From an uncultured delta proteobacterium (GTDB lineage Bacteria > Desulfobacterota > Binatia > HRBIN30 > BPIQ01), in the NCBI GenBank assembly GCA_963761335.1, contig CAVXGR010000018.1, positions 704,001 through 768,000 of the forward strand: a stretch of 64,000 nt of DNA, written 5' to 3'. The notes beneath the pieces were generated by a model, which was given only the letters and a program-made list of their open reading frames with translations, had not been told where the DNA came from and did not search any database. Positions 41,665 to 50,488 of this stretch are shown piece by piece (position 1 is the stretch's first letter; every line of letters begins with the position of its first letter). The position numbers and the translations under genes are program-made.

Positions 41665-42168
41665 CTATGCGCCTTCGCGGGTGCGGCTGATTCCCAGTCC
41701 GGGCTCGGGCGGCAGGTTGTGCACCGCCGTGGGGAAGAGGTCGACCATGAAGTCGACCACGTCCCGCATCGACACCACCGCCACCGGACGGCCGTCCTTA
41801 TCCACGAGGGGCACGTGGCGGAATCCTCCGAGGCTCATCTTGTTGAGGGCGTAGGCGATGACGTCGTCGGGCGAGAGTGTTTCCGGATTGGCCGTCATCA
41901 CCGCTTCCACGGCGGTGCGTTCGGCGTCGAGGCGGGCCGGGACGACCTTGCGGAGGACGTCCCGCTCGGTGAAGATCCCCGCCAGCCGGCCGCCGTCCTC
42001 GATGAGGAGGCAGCCGACGCCGTTCTCGACCATGTGGCTCACGGCTTCGCTGATGCTCATGCCGCGCGGCACGGTGATCGGCGGCTGTAGGTTGAGGGCA
42101 CGAATCGGCTTGGTGAGAATTGCCGCTCCGAGGATTTGCTCTTCTTCGTAAAGGTCTTCGTCATGCAT
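41665..42168 (-). CDS. CBS-domain protein
   Basis: GIFTERD, VMTANP, GFRHVPLVD. Confidence 0.9.
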   Translation of the reverse strand: MHDEDLYEEEQILGAAILTKPIRALNLQPPITVPRGMSISEAVSHMVENGVGCLLIEDGGRLAGIFTERDVLRKVVPARLDAERTAVEAVMTANPETLSPDDVIAYALNKMSLGGFRHVPLVDKDGRPVAVVSMRDVVDFMVDLFPTAVHNLPPEPGLGISRTREGA

Positions 42169-42242
42169 CCTGGCGGTCTCCCCGAGAGTTCTTTTGGCCG
42201 TCTATAGCACGAGGGGGAGCCAACGGAGAACAGAAAAGCGGA

Positions 42243-42386
42243 ACCGCCAAAGCGCCAAGAGGAGAGGAAAGGACGCCAAGAAAGGGGATCTCTCGGCGCC
42301 CGAGGAGTTCTCTTCTTGGCGTTCTTTCCTTTGGCTTGGCGCCTCTTCTCTTGGCGCTCTTCTTCAGTTCTTGTCTCCTTGGCGGT
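42243..42386. repeat. CGCCAAG/CTTGGCG palindromic repeat, overlapping the 3' end of the FAD oxidoreductase
   Basis: ACCGCCAA..CGCCAAG units paired with CTTGGCG..TTGGCGGT units. Confidence 0.6.
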
Positions 42387-43872
42387 CCCCTGCGGCTTCG
42401 CAGCGGCTGATGGTGGCCTCGCGGTCGGGGGGCGGCGGCAGGGCGTAGCGGCGATTGTAGCGGCGTCCGCGCATGAGGACGCGCAGCGAGCGCAGCAGAA
42501 CGCGGGGCTCGCCGAAGGCCTCCTCGGGCGTCTGCATCATGTTCATCATGCGCAGGAAGGCCCGGAAGACGACGGGGTCGCAGCGCATTGCCGGTCCCAC
42601 GCCGTCCTCGAAGAAGCGCTGCTGGAGGCGATGGCGCAGGCGCCGTGGCGTCCGCCCCTCGGCGCGGCGCACGGCGTCGCGATCGGCGACCACCGACGCC
42701 CGATAAAAGGGTAAAATTTCCCGGCGGCCGCGCCGGTCGAGGGCGAGGGCCGCCTGCAGCGGGTCTCCGGGGTGCTCGTCGAGCGCCTGACGGAGGAAGT
42801 GCGCGTGCAGAAACCCCTGGGCGCAGCCGCGGCCGTAGAGGGGATTGGTGCAGTAGGCGGCATCGCCGAGCACAAACAGGCGCAACGCCAGCGGGCCGCG
42901 CTCGTCGACGAAGCGCCGCAGCCGATTGACCAGCCCGCCCATGGCGCGGACCGCGTGCCGTCCGCTCTCCATCGGCTCCGACACGGCGGCGTCGACCCAC
43001 GGGGCAAGCGCGGGGATGCAGCGCACCATCGTCTCGAACGCCGCCTCCCGCGCCAGCACCTTCAGTCGCGACTCGGTAAGCGGCACGGCGAGGGTGATGG
43101 AGAAGACTTCCTCGTCCGCCGGAAAGACGGCGTACTTCACCCAGTTGAAATCGGCGGCGGTGGGGTGTTCGGTCGGCGGCGGCTCGGCGGCGCCGGGCCG
43201 CAGGCGGTAGAAGCGTGTGTAGTAGACGATGCCCGAGGGCTCGCAGGTCTCCTCCGGCTCCCGCGCGCCAATTGCGGCCAGCCATTGCGGCGCCGTCGAG
43301 CGGCGGCCGCTGGCGTCGATTACCATGTCGGCTTCGAGGTCGCGCCAGGCGCCGGCGACGCCGCGATAGCGCAGGCCGCGCACCACCGGCGGATCGCCGG
43401 TCTCGGCGAGAAGCCCGTGCACCTGCGCGCCGCCGATGAAGTCGACTCGGCCGGTGCGCAGGGCGGCGTGGCGCAGCACCCATTCGAAGGTCGTACGGCG
43501 GCAGCCGAGGGCGACCAGGTCATCATCCCCCGGCTCGGGGCGAAGCGGTAGCAGCGCCTGCGGCGGCCGCTCGGTCATGTGCAGCGGGCGCGCCCCGGCC
43601 TCGAGAAGCGCCTGCAAGAGGTCCGGATATTCGTCGCGCAGCAGGTTGCGGAGGCGCCCGAGAAAGATATGCGAGTGACGCACCTGCGGCGCGCCGCGGC
43701 GCTCCCAGGTGCGGAAGGCCTCAGCGGCGCTGGGTGGAGAGGGCTCGGCGTCGCGTTCGACGATGCTGACGCGCGCGCCTCGGCGACTGAGGATCAGCGC
43801 CGCGGCCAACCCCGTGATGCCGCCGCCGACGACGGCGGCGTGCTCGCCGGCCGGTGTCGGCGGAACGCGCAT
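42364..43872 (-). CDS. FAD-dependent oxidoreductase/monooxygenase
   Basis: VGGGITGL, DASGRRS, GDA..TNPLYGRG. Confidence 0.85.
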   Translation of the reverse strand: MRVPPTPAGEHAAVVGGGITGLAAALILSRRGARVSIVERDAEPSPPSAAEAFRTWERRGAPQVRHSHIFLGRLRNLLRDEYPDLLQALLEAGARPLHMTERPPQALLPLRPEPGDDDLVALGCRRTTFEWVLRHAALRTGRVDFIGGAQVHGLLAETGDPPVVRGLRYRGVAGAWRDLEADMVIDASGRRSTAPQWLAAIGAREPEETCEPSGIVYYTRFYRLRPGAAEPPPTEHPTAADFNWVKYAVFPADEEVFSITLAVPLTESRLKVLAREAAFETMVRCIPALAPWVDAAVSEPMESGRHAVRAMGGLVNRLRRFVDERGPLALRLFVLGDAAYCTNPLYGRGCAQGFLHAHFLRQALDEHPGDPLQAALALDRRGRREILPFYRASVVADRDAVRRAEGRTPRRLRHRLQQRFFEDGVGPAMRCDPVVFRAFLRMMNMMQTPEEAFGEPRVLLRSLRVLMRGRRYNRRYALPPPPDREATISRCEAAGDRQGDKN

Positions 43873-43930
43873 CGGAGAGGGATCGGGCGGCGGCGGGTCG
43901 CCGAGGAGCGCCGCCGCCGCCGTCCCCGGA

Positions 43931-45007
43931 TCAGCCGCCGACGGGCAGCTCGTGCTTGCTGTCGAAGCGCTCGCCGTAGACGATACCGACGCGGCGGTAG
44001 GCGTCCTCGGTGCGCTCGGTGATCAATCCGAGCCGCTTCAGGTTGGGCACCACCGTGTGCATGTAGATCTCGCTGTTGATCGCCGGCCATTCGGGCATGG
44101 AGAGGACGACCTGGGCGACGCTGTCCGGATCGAGGCCGTACTTCGGTCCGAGCAGGCGCAGCATGTCGAGCTGCTGGTTGGCGTTGAGCGCCTCGAGAAT
44201 CGAGTAGGCGAAGTCCTCCATCTCGTCGAGCTCCTCGGGGCTGGAGTCGCGCACCACCTGGCGCATGGAGAGGATGCCGAAGGCGGCGTGGCGCGACTCG
44301 TCGATCTGCACGCGGCGGATGATGTCCTTGAGCAGCGGGTTGTCGGTGGCCTTGGCGATCTCGTCGAAGATACCGACGGCCATTCCCTCGAACAGCGTCT
44401 GCATGCCCAGCGTCTTCATCTTCCAGGTCGGCGCCTCGAGCAGCTTGTCGAGCAGGAGCTTGAGCGTCGGGCTGATCGGATGGAGGGTGCCCATCTTGCG
44501 GTGCAGGAACTTGGAGAGCACCTCGACGTGGCGCACCTCGTCGATCACCTGCGAGCCGGCGTAGAACTTGGCGTCCATCGTCGGGCAGGCGTTGGTCAGC
44601 TGGCCGCAGAGCTGCATCGCCGCCTGCTCGCCGTGCAGCAGCTGCGAGAGCAGGTGCGCGAACTCGTCGAAGGCCGCCTCGCGGCAGGTCTCCTCGTCGA
44701 CGCCCATCTGGGTCAGCAGGGTGGGCATCAGCAGGGCGTTCTCGCGCGGCATGAACCACTTGTCGCGGGGAAACGGCTGCGACCAATCGATGTCGGTCTC
44801 GGCGTTCCACTGGCCCTTCTTGCCGCGCTCGTACAGGTTGCGCAGCTCTTCCACTTCGCTGGCGTACTCCCAGGTCCAGTGCAGGTCGAGGGGCACGTCG
44901 ACGTCGATCTTCTGGCGAAGGGCGTCGACCTCGCCCTCGTCGACGAAGTCGACGACGGCAAAGTCGCCGAGCTGGCGGCGGTGGTCGTTGAGAATGGTGG
45001 TCGGCAT
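43931..45007 (-). CDS. Ferritin-like diiron protein (AurF-like family)
   Basis: HGEQAA..DEVRH..EGMA..DESRH ligand pattern. Confidence 0.82.
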   Translation of the reverse strand: MPTTILNDHRRQLGDFAVVDFVDEGEVDALRQKIDVDVPLDLHWTWEYASEVEELRNLYERGKKGQWNAETDIDWSQPFPRDKWFMPRENALLMPTLLTQMGVDEETCREAAFDEFAHLLSQLLHGEQAAMQLCGQLTNACPTMDAKFYAGSQVIDEVRHVEVLSKFLHRKMGTLHPISPTLKLLLDKLLEAPTWKMKTLGMQTLFEGMAVGIFDEIAKATDNPLLKDIIRRVQIDESRHAAFGILSMRQVVRDSSPEELDEMEDFAYSILEALNANQQLDMLRLLGPKYGLDPDSVAQVVLSMPEWPAINSEIYMHTVVPNLKRLGLITERTEDAYRRVGIVYGERFDSKHELPVGG

Positions 45008-45034
45008 CGATCTTCCTCCTCGGGTCGGATGGTT

Positions 45035-45679
45035 TCAGCCTCGCGCGCCGCGGGCGGTGAGCCCGTGGTGCAGGAGGGCGCGGACTTCCTGTTTTCGTTT
45101 GCGAACCTGGGCCGGGCTGAACAGCGACTGGCCGAGCAGCTCCTCGCCGAACTCGCCGGTGGCGAAATGGTAGACGGTCAGGCCGACGATCGACTGCAGC
45201 GTGTGGGGGATGCTGGCGAGCCGGAAGACGCCGGTCTCCATCCCCTCGCGCAGCAGGTTGCCGACGGCGGTGAAGGCGCGCTTGATGGTGCGGTCGGCGT
45301 GCTGCTCCTCTTCGCTGGCACCGGTGAGATCGTCGTCCTCGAAGAGCGAGCGCAGCAGCAGGCGGGGCGCGGTCGGATGCTCGGCGAGGGTGTCGATGAG
45401 CGTGTCCAGCCAGCGATCCAGGCGTGCCAGCGGCTCGCCGCCGGCGGCGAGGGCCGCCGTCAGGCGCTGCTCCAGGAGATCGAGAATCCGGCCGACCACC
45501 GCGGCGTAGAGCTCCGCCTTGCTGCGGAAATGATGGAAGAGGGATGACTTGCCCAGACCGGCGACCTCGGCGACCTCGCGCATGCCGATGCCCGCAAAGC
45601 CGCGCTGGGCGAACAGGGCTTCAGCGGCGTCGAGGATCTTGTCGCGCGAGCCGCTCTCGAGCGAAGAAGGTTGCACCAT
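45035..45679 (-). CDS. TetR/AcrR family transcriptional regulator
   Basis: ILDAAEALFAQRGFAGIGMREVA..SSLFHHFRSK; ATG 45679. Confidence 0.9.
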   Translation of the reverse strand: MVQPSSLESGSRDKILDAAEALFAQRGFAGIGMREVAEVAGLGKSSLFHHFRSKAELYAAVVGRILDLLEQRLTAALAAGGEPLARLDRWLDTLIDTLAEHPTAPRLLLRSLFEDDDLTGASEEEQHADRTIKRAFTAVGNLLREGMETGVFRLASIPHTLQSIVGLTVYHFATGEFGEELLGQSLFSPAQVRKRKQEVRALLHHGLTARGARG

Positions 45680-45685
45680 CAAAAT

Positions 45686-45732
45686 GACCGACCGATCGGT
45701 CCACAATTGCCGATCGACCGGTCGGTTGTCAA
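45686..45732 (-). promoter_or_regulatory. Candidate TetR operator pair and -35 box
   Basis: Palindromes GACCGATCGGTC (45690-45701) and CGACCGGTCG (45715-45724); TTGACA on the minus strand at 45727-45732. Confidence 0.55.
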
Positions 45733-45784
45733 GGGGCTTTGGGAGCGCTTGGGGAGCGCTTTGGAGCGAGGCCGTTCCGGCCAT

Positions 45785-46116
45785 CTGCTTCGAAAATCTG
45801 TTGGGTGTGCGCTTCGGGGGCGCGTTCCCTCTCCCGCATTACTTGGCGGGAGAGGTTCAGGGTGAGGGAGCCGATCTCTGTGAAGGCCGTGGAGATTCAC
45901 GAGCTCTCAGTGAGAGGTGCAAGCGGGCACATGGGTAACAGGAACCCCTCACCTTGATCCTCTCCCCGCGGAAAGATGCGGGGAGAGGAGACCCGCCCCC
46001 GCGGCGCGGAAGAATCATCGCACGCGTCTGATCGGTGAATCAGGACGCCGTCCGTTTTCATCGTCTGTTGGTGAGCCGCAGGCTCATGACGCACTGCTTC
46101 GAAAATCTGTTGGGTG
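45785..46116. repeat. About 330-bp segment bounded by 23-bp direct repeats and containing two CTCTCCC..GGGAGAG hairpins
   Basis: CTGCTTCGAAAATCTGTTGGGTG at 45785-45807 and 46094-46116. Confidence 0.7.
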
Positions 46117-46151
46117 GCAGCCGTGTATCGCCAACGGCCCCTTCGGCGAAG

Positions 46152-46223
46152 GAAGGTTGTTAGGTTGTTGCGTTGTTGGTTGTTGGCAAGAAGGAGAGTG
46201 ACCCAACCCAACAACCAACAACC
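46152..46223. repeat. Family B GTTGTT hairpin repeat
   Basis: Inverted copy of 27145-27230. Confidence 0.75.
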
Positions 46224-46300
46224 TGCCCGCTGCCAACGAACATCCAGTTGGGCAAAGCCGGTTTCAACCAGAGCCCTTCCGCCCTGCGGTTGGGAAATTT

Positions 46301-46687
46301 TCAGACCGGAAAGATTTTGATCGACAGAGCCGCCGCTGCTTTCAACATGCGATCATCGTAGCTTGCGAGCTGAATCGCTTGGCCCTGCTGCCGCAGAAAG
46401 TCGAGAGACGCCAGATGCAGGGCGTCCAGAGTCCGTACTGGCGTCGGAAAGGGCTCGAGAGCACGGGTCAGCACCGGTGGCAGAAGCTCCAGAAGCGCGA
46501 CGCGACCGATCAACTTGCGCGCCGACTCGCCATGCGAAGCCCCGAGCCTTCTGGCGTGCAATCGCGTCCAGATCTCGTATTCGAGGAGGCGACTCGAGGC
46601 GAGCTCTGCTCCCCAGAGCTCGTTCGGTGGAGTGCGATCTTCCGCCAAAAGGTGAGCCAGAGCGACCGACGTATCGAGGTAAATCAT
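46301..46687 (-). CDS. vapC: PIN-domain toxin (VapC family)
   Basis: IYLDTS, LEYE, RTLDALHLAS, SYDDRM; ATGA overlap with the antitoxin. Confidence 0.88.
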   Translation of the reverse strand: MIYLDTSVALAHLLAEDRTPPNELWGAELASSRLLEYEIWTRLHARRLGASHGESARKLIGRVALLELLPPVLTRALEPFPTPVRTLDALHLASLDFLRQQGQAIQLASYDDRMLKAAAALSIKIFPV

Positions 46688-46974
46688 CGATCGGCACGGT
46701 CGCGAGCCAACTCGACCAGCAGGTCTGCGAGCTTGGCGACGGCTTGTCGCGGCGGAGCTTCACCGGGCGGCAGGAGCGGAGGCCGCAACCACCCTCTTCG
46801 CACTGCTTCAGCCAACTGGGCATCGCCGAGCAACGTCGCCCGATCGGCGCGGGGGGGCACGATCTCCGCGACGACGCGGTCGCGATCGGTCACCAGAACC
46901 GTCTCGCCACGCTCAGCCAGCCGGACGTACTCGCTGAGCCTGTTCTTGAGGGTTTTCAGACCGACGGAACGCAT
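46684..46974 (-). CDS. Phd/YefM-type antitoxin
   Basis: MRSVGLKTLKNRLSEYVRLAERGETVLVTDRDRVVAEIVP. Confidence 0.88.
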   Translation of the reverse strand: MRSVGLKTLKNRLSEYVRLAERGETVLVTDRDRVVAEIVPPRADRATLLGDAQLAEAVRRGWLRPPLLPPGEAPPRQAVAKLADLLVELARDRADR

Positions 46975-46980
46975 GGCGAC

Positions 46981-47004
46981 AAGGTAGCTTCCGGAAGCTA
47001 CCTT
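46981..47004. promoter_or_regulatory. Perfect 24-bp palindrome, probable TA autoregulatory operator
   Basis: AAGGTAGCTTCCGGAAGCTACCTT, 6 nt upstream of the antitoxin ATG. Confidence 0.7.
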
Positions 47005-47210
47005 GGTCAAGGAGCCGCAAATTCAGGAGCGGCAAATTCAAAATCACCCACTGCCGCAAGCGACGCCGGCTTGAATGATCTGCACCAGCGCGACACAACC
47101 ATCACCGAGCCCGACGCGCAGCCGTCGCGAGCCGCTCCCGAGCGAAGAAGGTTGCCCCATCAAGATGACAGAGCCGGTCGGCTTACAATCGCCGATCGAC
47201 AGGTCGGTCG

Positions 47211-50093
47211 TCAGGGGGCATTTTTCGCGGCGCTGAGTGCGCCGCCGGAGCGCGCTCCTTCCCGAGGGCCGTGGTCGAGCTGCGCCAGGCTCGACGCGGC
47301 GCGTCGCTCGTACAGCCGGGCGCCTTGCTGCCGCGCGATCTGGCGCGCCTGCTGGAAGCAGGCTGCCGCCTGCGGTCGCGCGCCGCGACTCCCCCGCAAA
47401 AGGATCAGCTCTCCTTTGAGTCGCTGCAGCTCGGCGTCGTACCAGCGGAGGCCCGTCGGCCGTGTGTCATCCCAAACCCGCTCCGCCATCGCCAGGCCCT
47501 CGTCGGGGAGGCTGGCCATGCAGCAGGCGTCGAGGAGAAACAGCGGCGCCGCCGGCGCCGCCGACGAGTCGCGGGCGCGCAGGTAGTCTTCCCAGGCGTT
47601 CCGAATGCGTTCTCCGGCGTCCTCTCGATCGCCGCGGGTGAACGCGAGCCAGAGTCGTTGCGGTGCGACGATGTCGATCATGGACGCGAACTGGTGCTCC
47701 GTTGCGATCGCCAGCCCGCGGTCGCTCACCGCCTGCGCCAGCTCGAGGTCGCCGCGCAGGCAGAGCACTCCGGCCACCGACAGCAGCCTTCCCGCGACGT
47801 AGTTCGGGTGCAGGCGCCCCTCGCAGAGATCGATGGTTTGCCGAAGGTGGAACATCGCCTGCTCCGGCGCGCCGAGAAGGAGCAGCGCCATTCCGAGGTT
47901 CCCATGGATGCGGGTGCCGACCTCCCGCCACCGGTGCTGGAACCCGGGAAAGCTCGCGGCGGCGGGCGGATCGCCATCGCCGTAGAGCTGATGGGCGCGG
48001 GTCGTGTCCTCCGCTCCCGCGGCGAAGCGCCCCTGCATGATCGCCACCGACCCCCGGGCCAGGTATGCCTCCATCTGCTGTGCCGGGTCTCCGTGCTCGG
48101 CGAGCTCGACCAGGCGATCGGTGATCGGCTCCGCGAGGGCGGGAAGCGAGCGCAGAACGTGGATCTGCGCCAGCGTCAGCTGCAGCCGGAAGAAATCCGG
48201 GCCCTGGGTGATACAGGCGGCGAGGCTCTCGATCCGAGACAGATTTCCCTGCTCTTCCTCCGGCCTCTGCGGCTCGGTCATCAAGCGGGCGCGCACCAGG
48301 CCCAAGCGGGCCTGCAGCTCCTGGAGATCTCGCCCGGCATCCGGCGGTAGATCCTCGAGGTGCCGCAGCGCGGCGCCGAAGTGGGAGGCTGCCTCGTGCT
48401 CGGCGAAACGGCGGCGCGCCTGGCGGGCCGCCTGGATGAAGTGCGCGGCCGCCCTCGCCGAGTCGCCACTGCGATCGAAGTGCGCCGCCAGCTCCGCCGC
48501 CATGCGGGAGGAGTTGCCGGCGTACACCTGCTCCAGGCGCTCGCCGATGCGCTGATGAAATCTCCGCCGGCGCGCCTCGGGGAGTCTCTCGTAGAGCACC
48601 TGCCGATAGAGCTCGTGCCGGAACGCGTAGCGGGAGGTTCGGCTGCCGTCCGGCCAGGTCTCGGCACCGGCTTCGCGGAGGAGATGCCAGCGCTCGACCA
48701 GGCGCTCGCAGCGGTACTCCACGGCCTCGACCCCCTCGGGGCCGCTGTCTCCGAGTGCGGTCGCGACGCTCGCCGTCCGAAATTCCAGGGCCGCCGCGCT
48801 TGCGGCTTCCAGGACCTCCAGCTCCGCCATACCCACCGAGTCGAGCTGCAGCTCGATCATGCCGCGCAGGTTCGGGGGGATGTCGCACAGATCTTGGTCG
48901 CGGACCTTGTCGATCAGGTCTGTTCCGGAGGCGCCGGCAACGACGATACCGCGTTCGAGCAGATGATCGACGATGGATGCGAGGAAGAGCGGATTGCCCT
49001 CGCTGCGCGCGTGAAACCGCCCGGCCAGCGATTTGGCCAGGTCCGGCGAGGAGAGCCGCTGCGCCAGAAACGCCTTCACATCGGCCGGAGTGAACATCTC
49101 CAGGCTGAGCCTCGTGCAGGCGTCGCGGGCCCAGAGGCGCCGGGCGACATCGACGATCGGGTGCCCGCAGGCGATTGCCCGCGCCGGCTGGTAGATGCAG
49201 ACGACCAGCAATCGAGCCGGCTCGGTGCGCTGGGCAACCGACCCGAGCAGGTCAATGGTCGCCGTGTCGGCCCAGTGAAGATCCTCGAGGACCACCACGA
49301 CCGGCCGCTCGCCGGCCACCACCTCGAGGGCGCGCGCCATCTCCCGGAGCATGCGAGCGTGGGTTGCGTCGCCGGCGGAGTCCTCCAGATCGCGAGCCTC
49401 TTCCGGGCTCAGCAGCCACGGGATCTGGGCGAGCCAGGTGGGTGCATAGCGGCGCAGCGCGTCGATTGCCGCCGGTTCGCCGCGCAGCAGATGGTCGAGC
49501 GCCTCGAGCACCGCCAGGTACGGCTCGACGCTGCCCCCCTGCTGGACACATTGTGCCCGCACGACCATCGACCCGTCGCCGGCGTGCTCGGCGAGAAAGG
49601 CGTTCACCAACGCCGTCTTGCCGATGCCGGGATCTCCCTCGACGAAGACGATCTGGCGGGCGCCGCCGTGAGCGAGCGCCAGTCGCTCGTTGAGCTGGCG
49701 GCGCTCGGCGTCGCGTCCGACGAACAGCGCCGCGTCCTCGGCGGCCACCAGCGGCGTGCTGTCTGCCGGGTACGGGCTGGCAATGAAACGGAAGCCGCGC
49801 CGATGGACGGTCTCGATGTAGCGCGGGGCGCGGGCGTCGTCGCCCAGGGCGGTGCGCAGTCGACGAACCGCCTGGCTGAGCGCCATGTCGCTGACCGCCA
49901 CTCCCGGCCACGCGGCTGCCAGGATCTCGTCCTTGGTGACCACCTCGCCGGGGCGCTCGATCAGGCACATCAGCAGCGCCCATGCCTGCGGTACCACGTC
50001 GATCGGCTGGCCGTTCCGCCAGAGGCGACATGCGGCGCGGTCGACGCGGTGCTCACCGATTCGCATTAGCCCCTGGTTGACGTTGACGTTCAT
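47211..50093 (-). CDS. Transcriptional regulator: OmpR/CadC-type winged helix + AAA/STAND ATPase + TPR
   Basis: PGEVVTKDEIL..YIETVHRRGFRF; GDPGIGKT; LEDLHWAD; SEGNPLF; helical C-terminus. Confidence 0.88.
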   Translation of the reverse strand: MNVNVNQGLMRIGEHRVDRAACRLWRNGQPIDVVPQAWALLMCLIERPGEVVTKDEILAAAWPGVAVSDMALSQAVRRLRTALGDDARAPRYIETVHRRGFRFIASPYPADSTPLVAAEDAALFVGRDAERRQLNERLALAHGGARQIVFVEGDPGIGKTALVNAFLAEHAGDGSMVVRAQCVQQGGSVEPYLAVLEALDHLLRGEPAAIDALRRYAPTWLAQIPWLLSPEEARDLEDSAGDATHARMLREMARALEVVAGERPVVVVLEDLHWADTATIDLLGSVAQRTEPARLLVVCIYQPARAIACGHPIVDVARRLWARDACTRLSLEMFTPADVKAFLAQRLSSPDLAKSLAGRFHARSEGNPLFLASIVDHLLERGIVVAGASGTDLIDKVRDQDLCDIPPNLRGMIELQLDSVGMAELEVLEAASAAALEFRTASVATALGDSGPEGVEAVEYRCERLVERWHLLREAGAETWPDGSRTSRYAFRHELYRQVLYERLPEARRRRFHQRIGERLEQVYAGNSSRMAAELAAHFDRSGDSARAAAHFIQAARQARRRFAEHEAASHFGAALRHLEDLPPDAGRDLQELQARLGLVRARLMTEPQRPEEEQGNLSRIESLAACITQGPDFFRLQLTLAQIHVLRSLPALAEPITDRLVELAEHGDPAQQMEAYLARGSVAIMQGRFAAGAEDTTRAHQLYGDGDPPAAASFPGFQHRWREVGTRIHGNLGMALLLLGAPEQAMFHLRQTIDLCEGRLHPNYVAGRLLSVAGVLCLRGDLELAQAVSDRGLAIATEHQFASMIDIVAPQRLWLAFTRGDREDAGERIRNAWEDYLRARDSSAAPAAPLFLLDACCMASLPDEGLAMAERVWDDTRPTGLRWYDAELQRLKGELILLRGSRGARPQAAACFQQARQIARQQGARLYERRAASSLAQLDHGPREGARSGGALSAAKNAP

Positions 50094-50240
50094 CAGTGTC
50101 CGCGGGGTTTTGCGCCCTTCAGATTGGAATGGCCCGGTGAGAACCGAGGCATCATAACCCGAAATCCGGAAAAGGCGAAGTCAAAGAAAAGTAAGAATTT
50201 GGGCAAGACTTGGAGAACGGCATCGTCAGAAAGTAGGCGC

Positions 50241-50480
50241 GTGGCGAAGAAGTACTGCGGCTCGCGCGACCCGGACGCCAGTGCGCTTCGGTTCCCGCCG
50301 GATCGCGCCTTTGTGGTGCAACTGTCTGCGGCGGAGCGCAGCAGCAAGCCGACCCGAGGCCGTGTCGAGCACGTGCTGACCGGCCGCAGCACGCGTTTCG
50401 AGACTCTGGAAGCCCTGGCGGAGTTCTTTGGCGAGGTGCTGGCGCTCGCCCGCACCCGGCACGGCGACGAGGAGGAGTAG
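50241..50480 (+). CDS. Small hypothetical protein, first gene of the Rhs cluster
   Basis: RAFVVQL..GRVEHVLTGRSTRFETLEALAEFF; stop abuts the next gene; start uncertain. Confidence 0.6.
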   Translation: MAKKYCGSRDPDASALRFPPDRAFVVQLSAAERSSKPTRGRVEHVLTGRSTRFETLEALAEFFGEVLALARTRHGDEEE

Positions 50481-50488
50481 TGGCGGCG

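Noticed and set aside
47211..50093. AAA-TPR protein as an Avs/NLR anti-phage system
   Set aside because: The N-terminus is an OmpR-type DNA-binding domain rather than a nuclease or other effector, which fits a transcription regulator.
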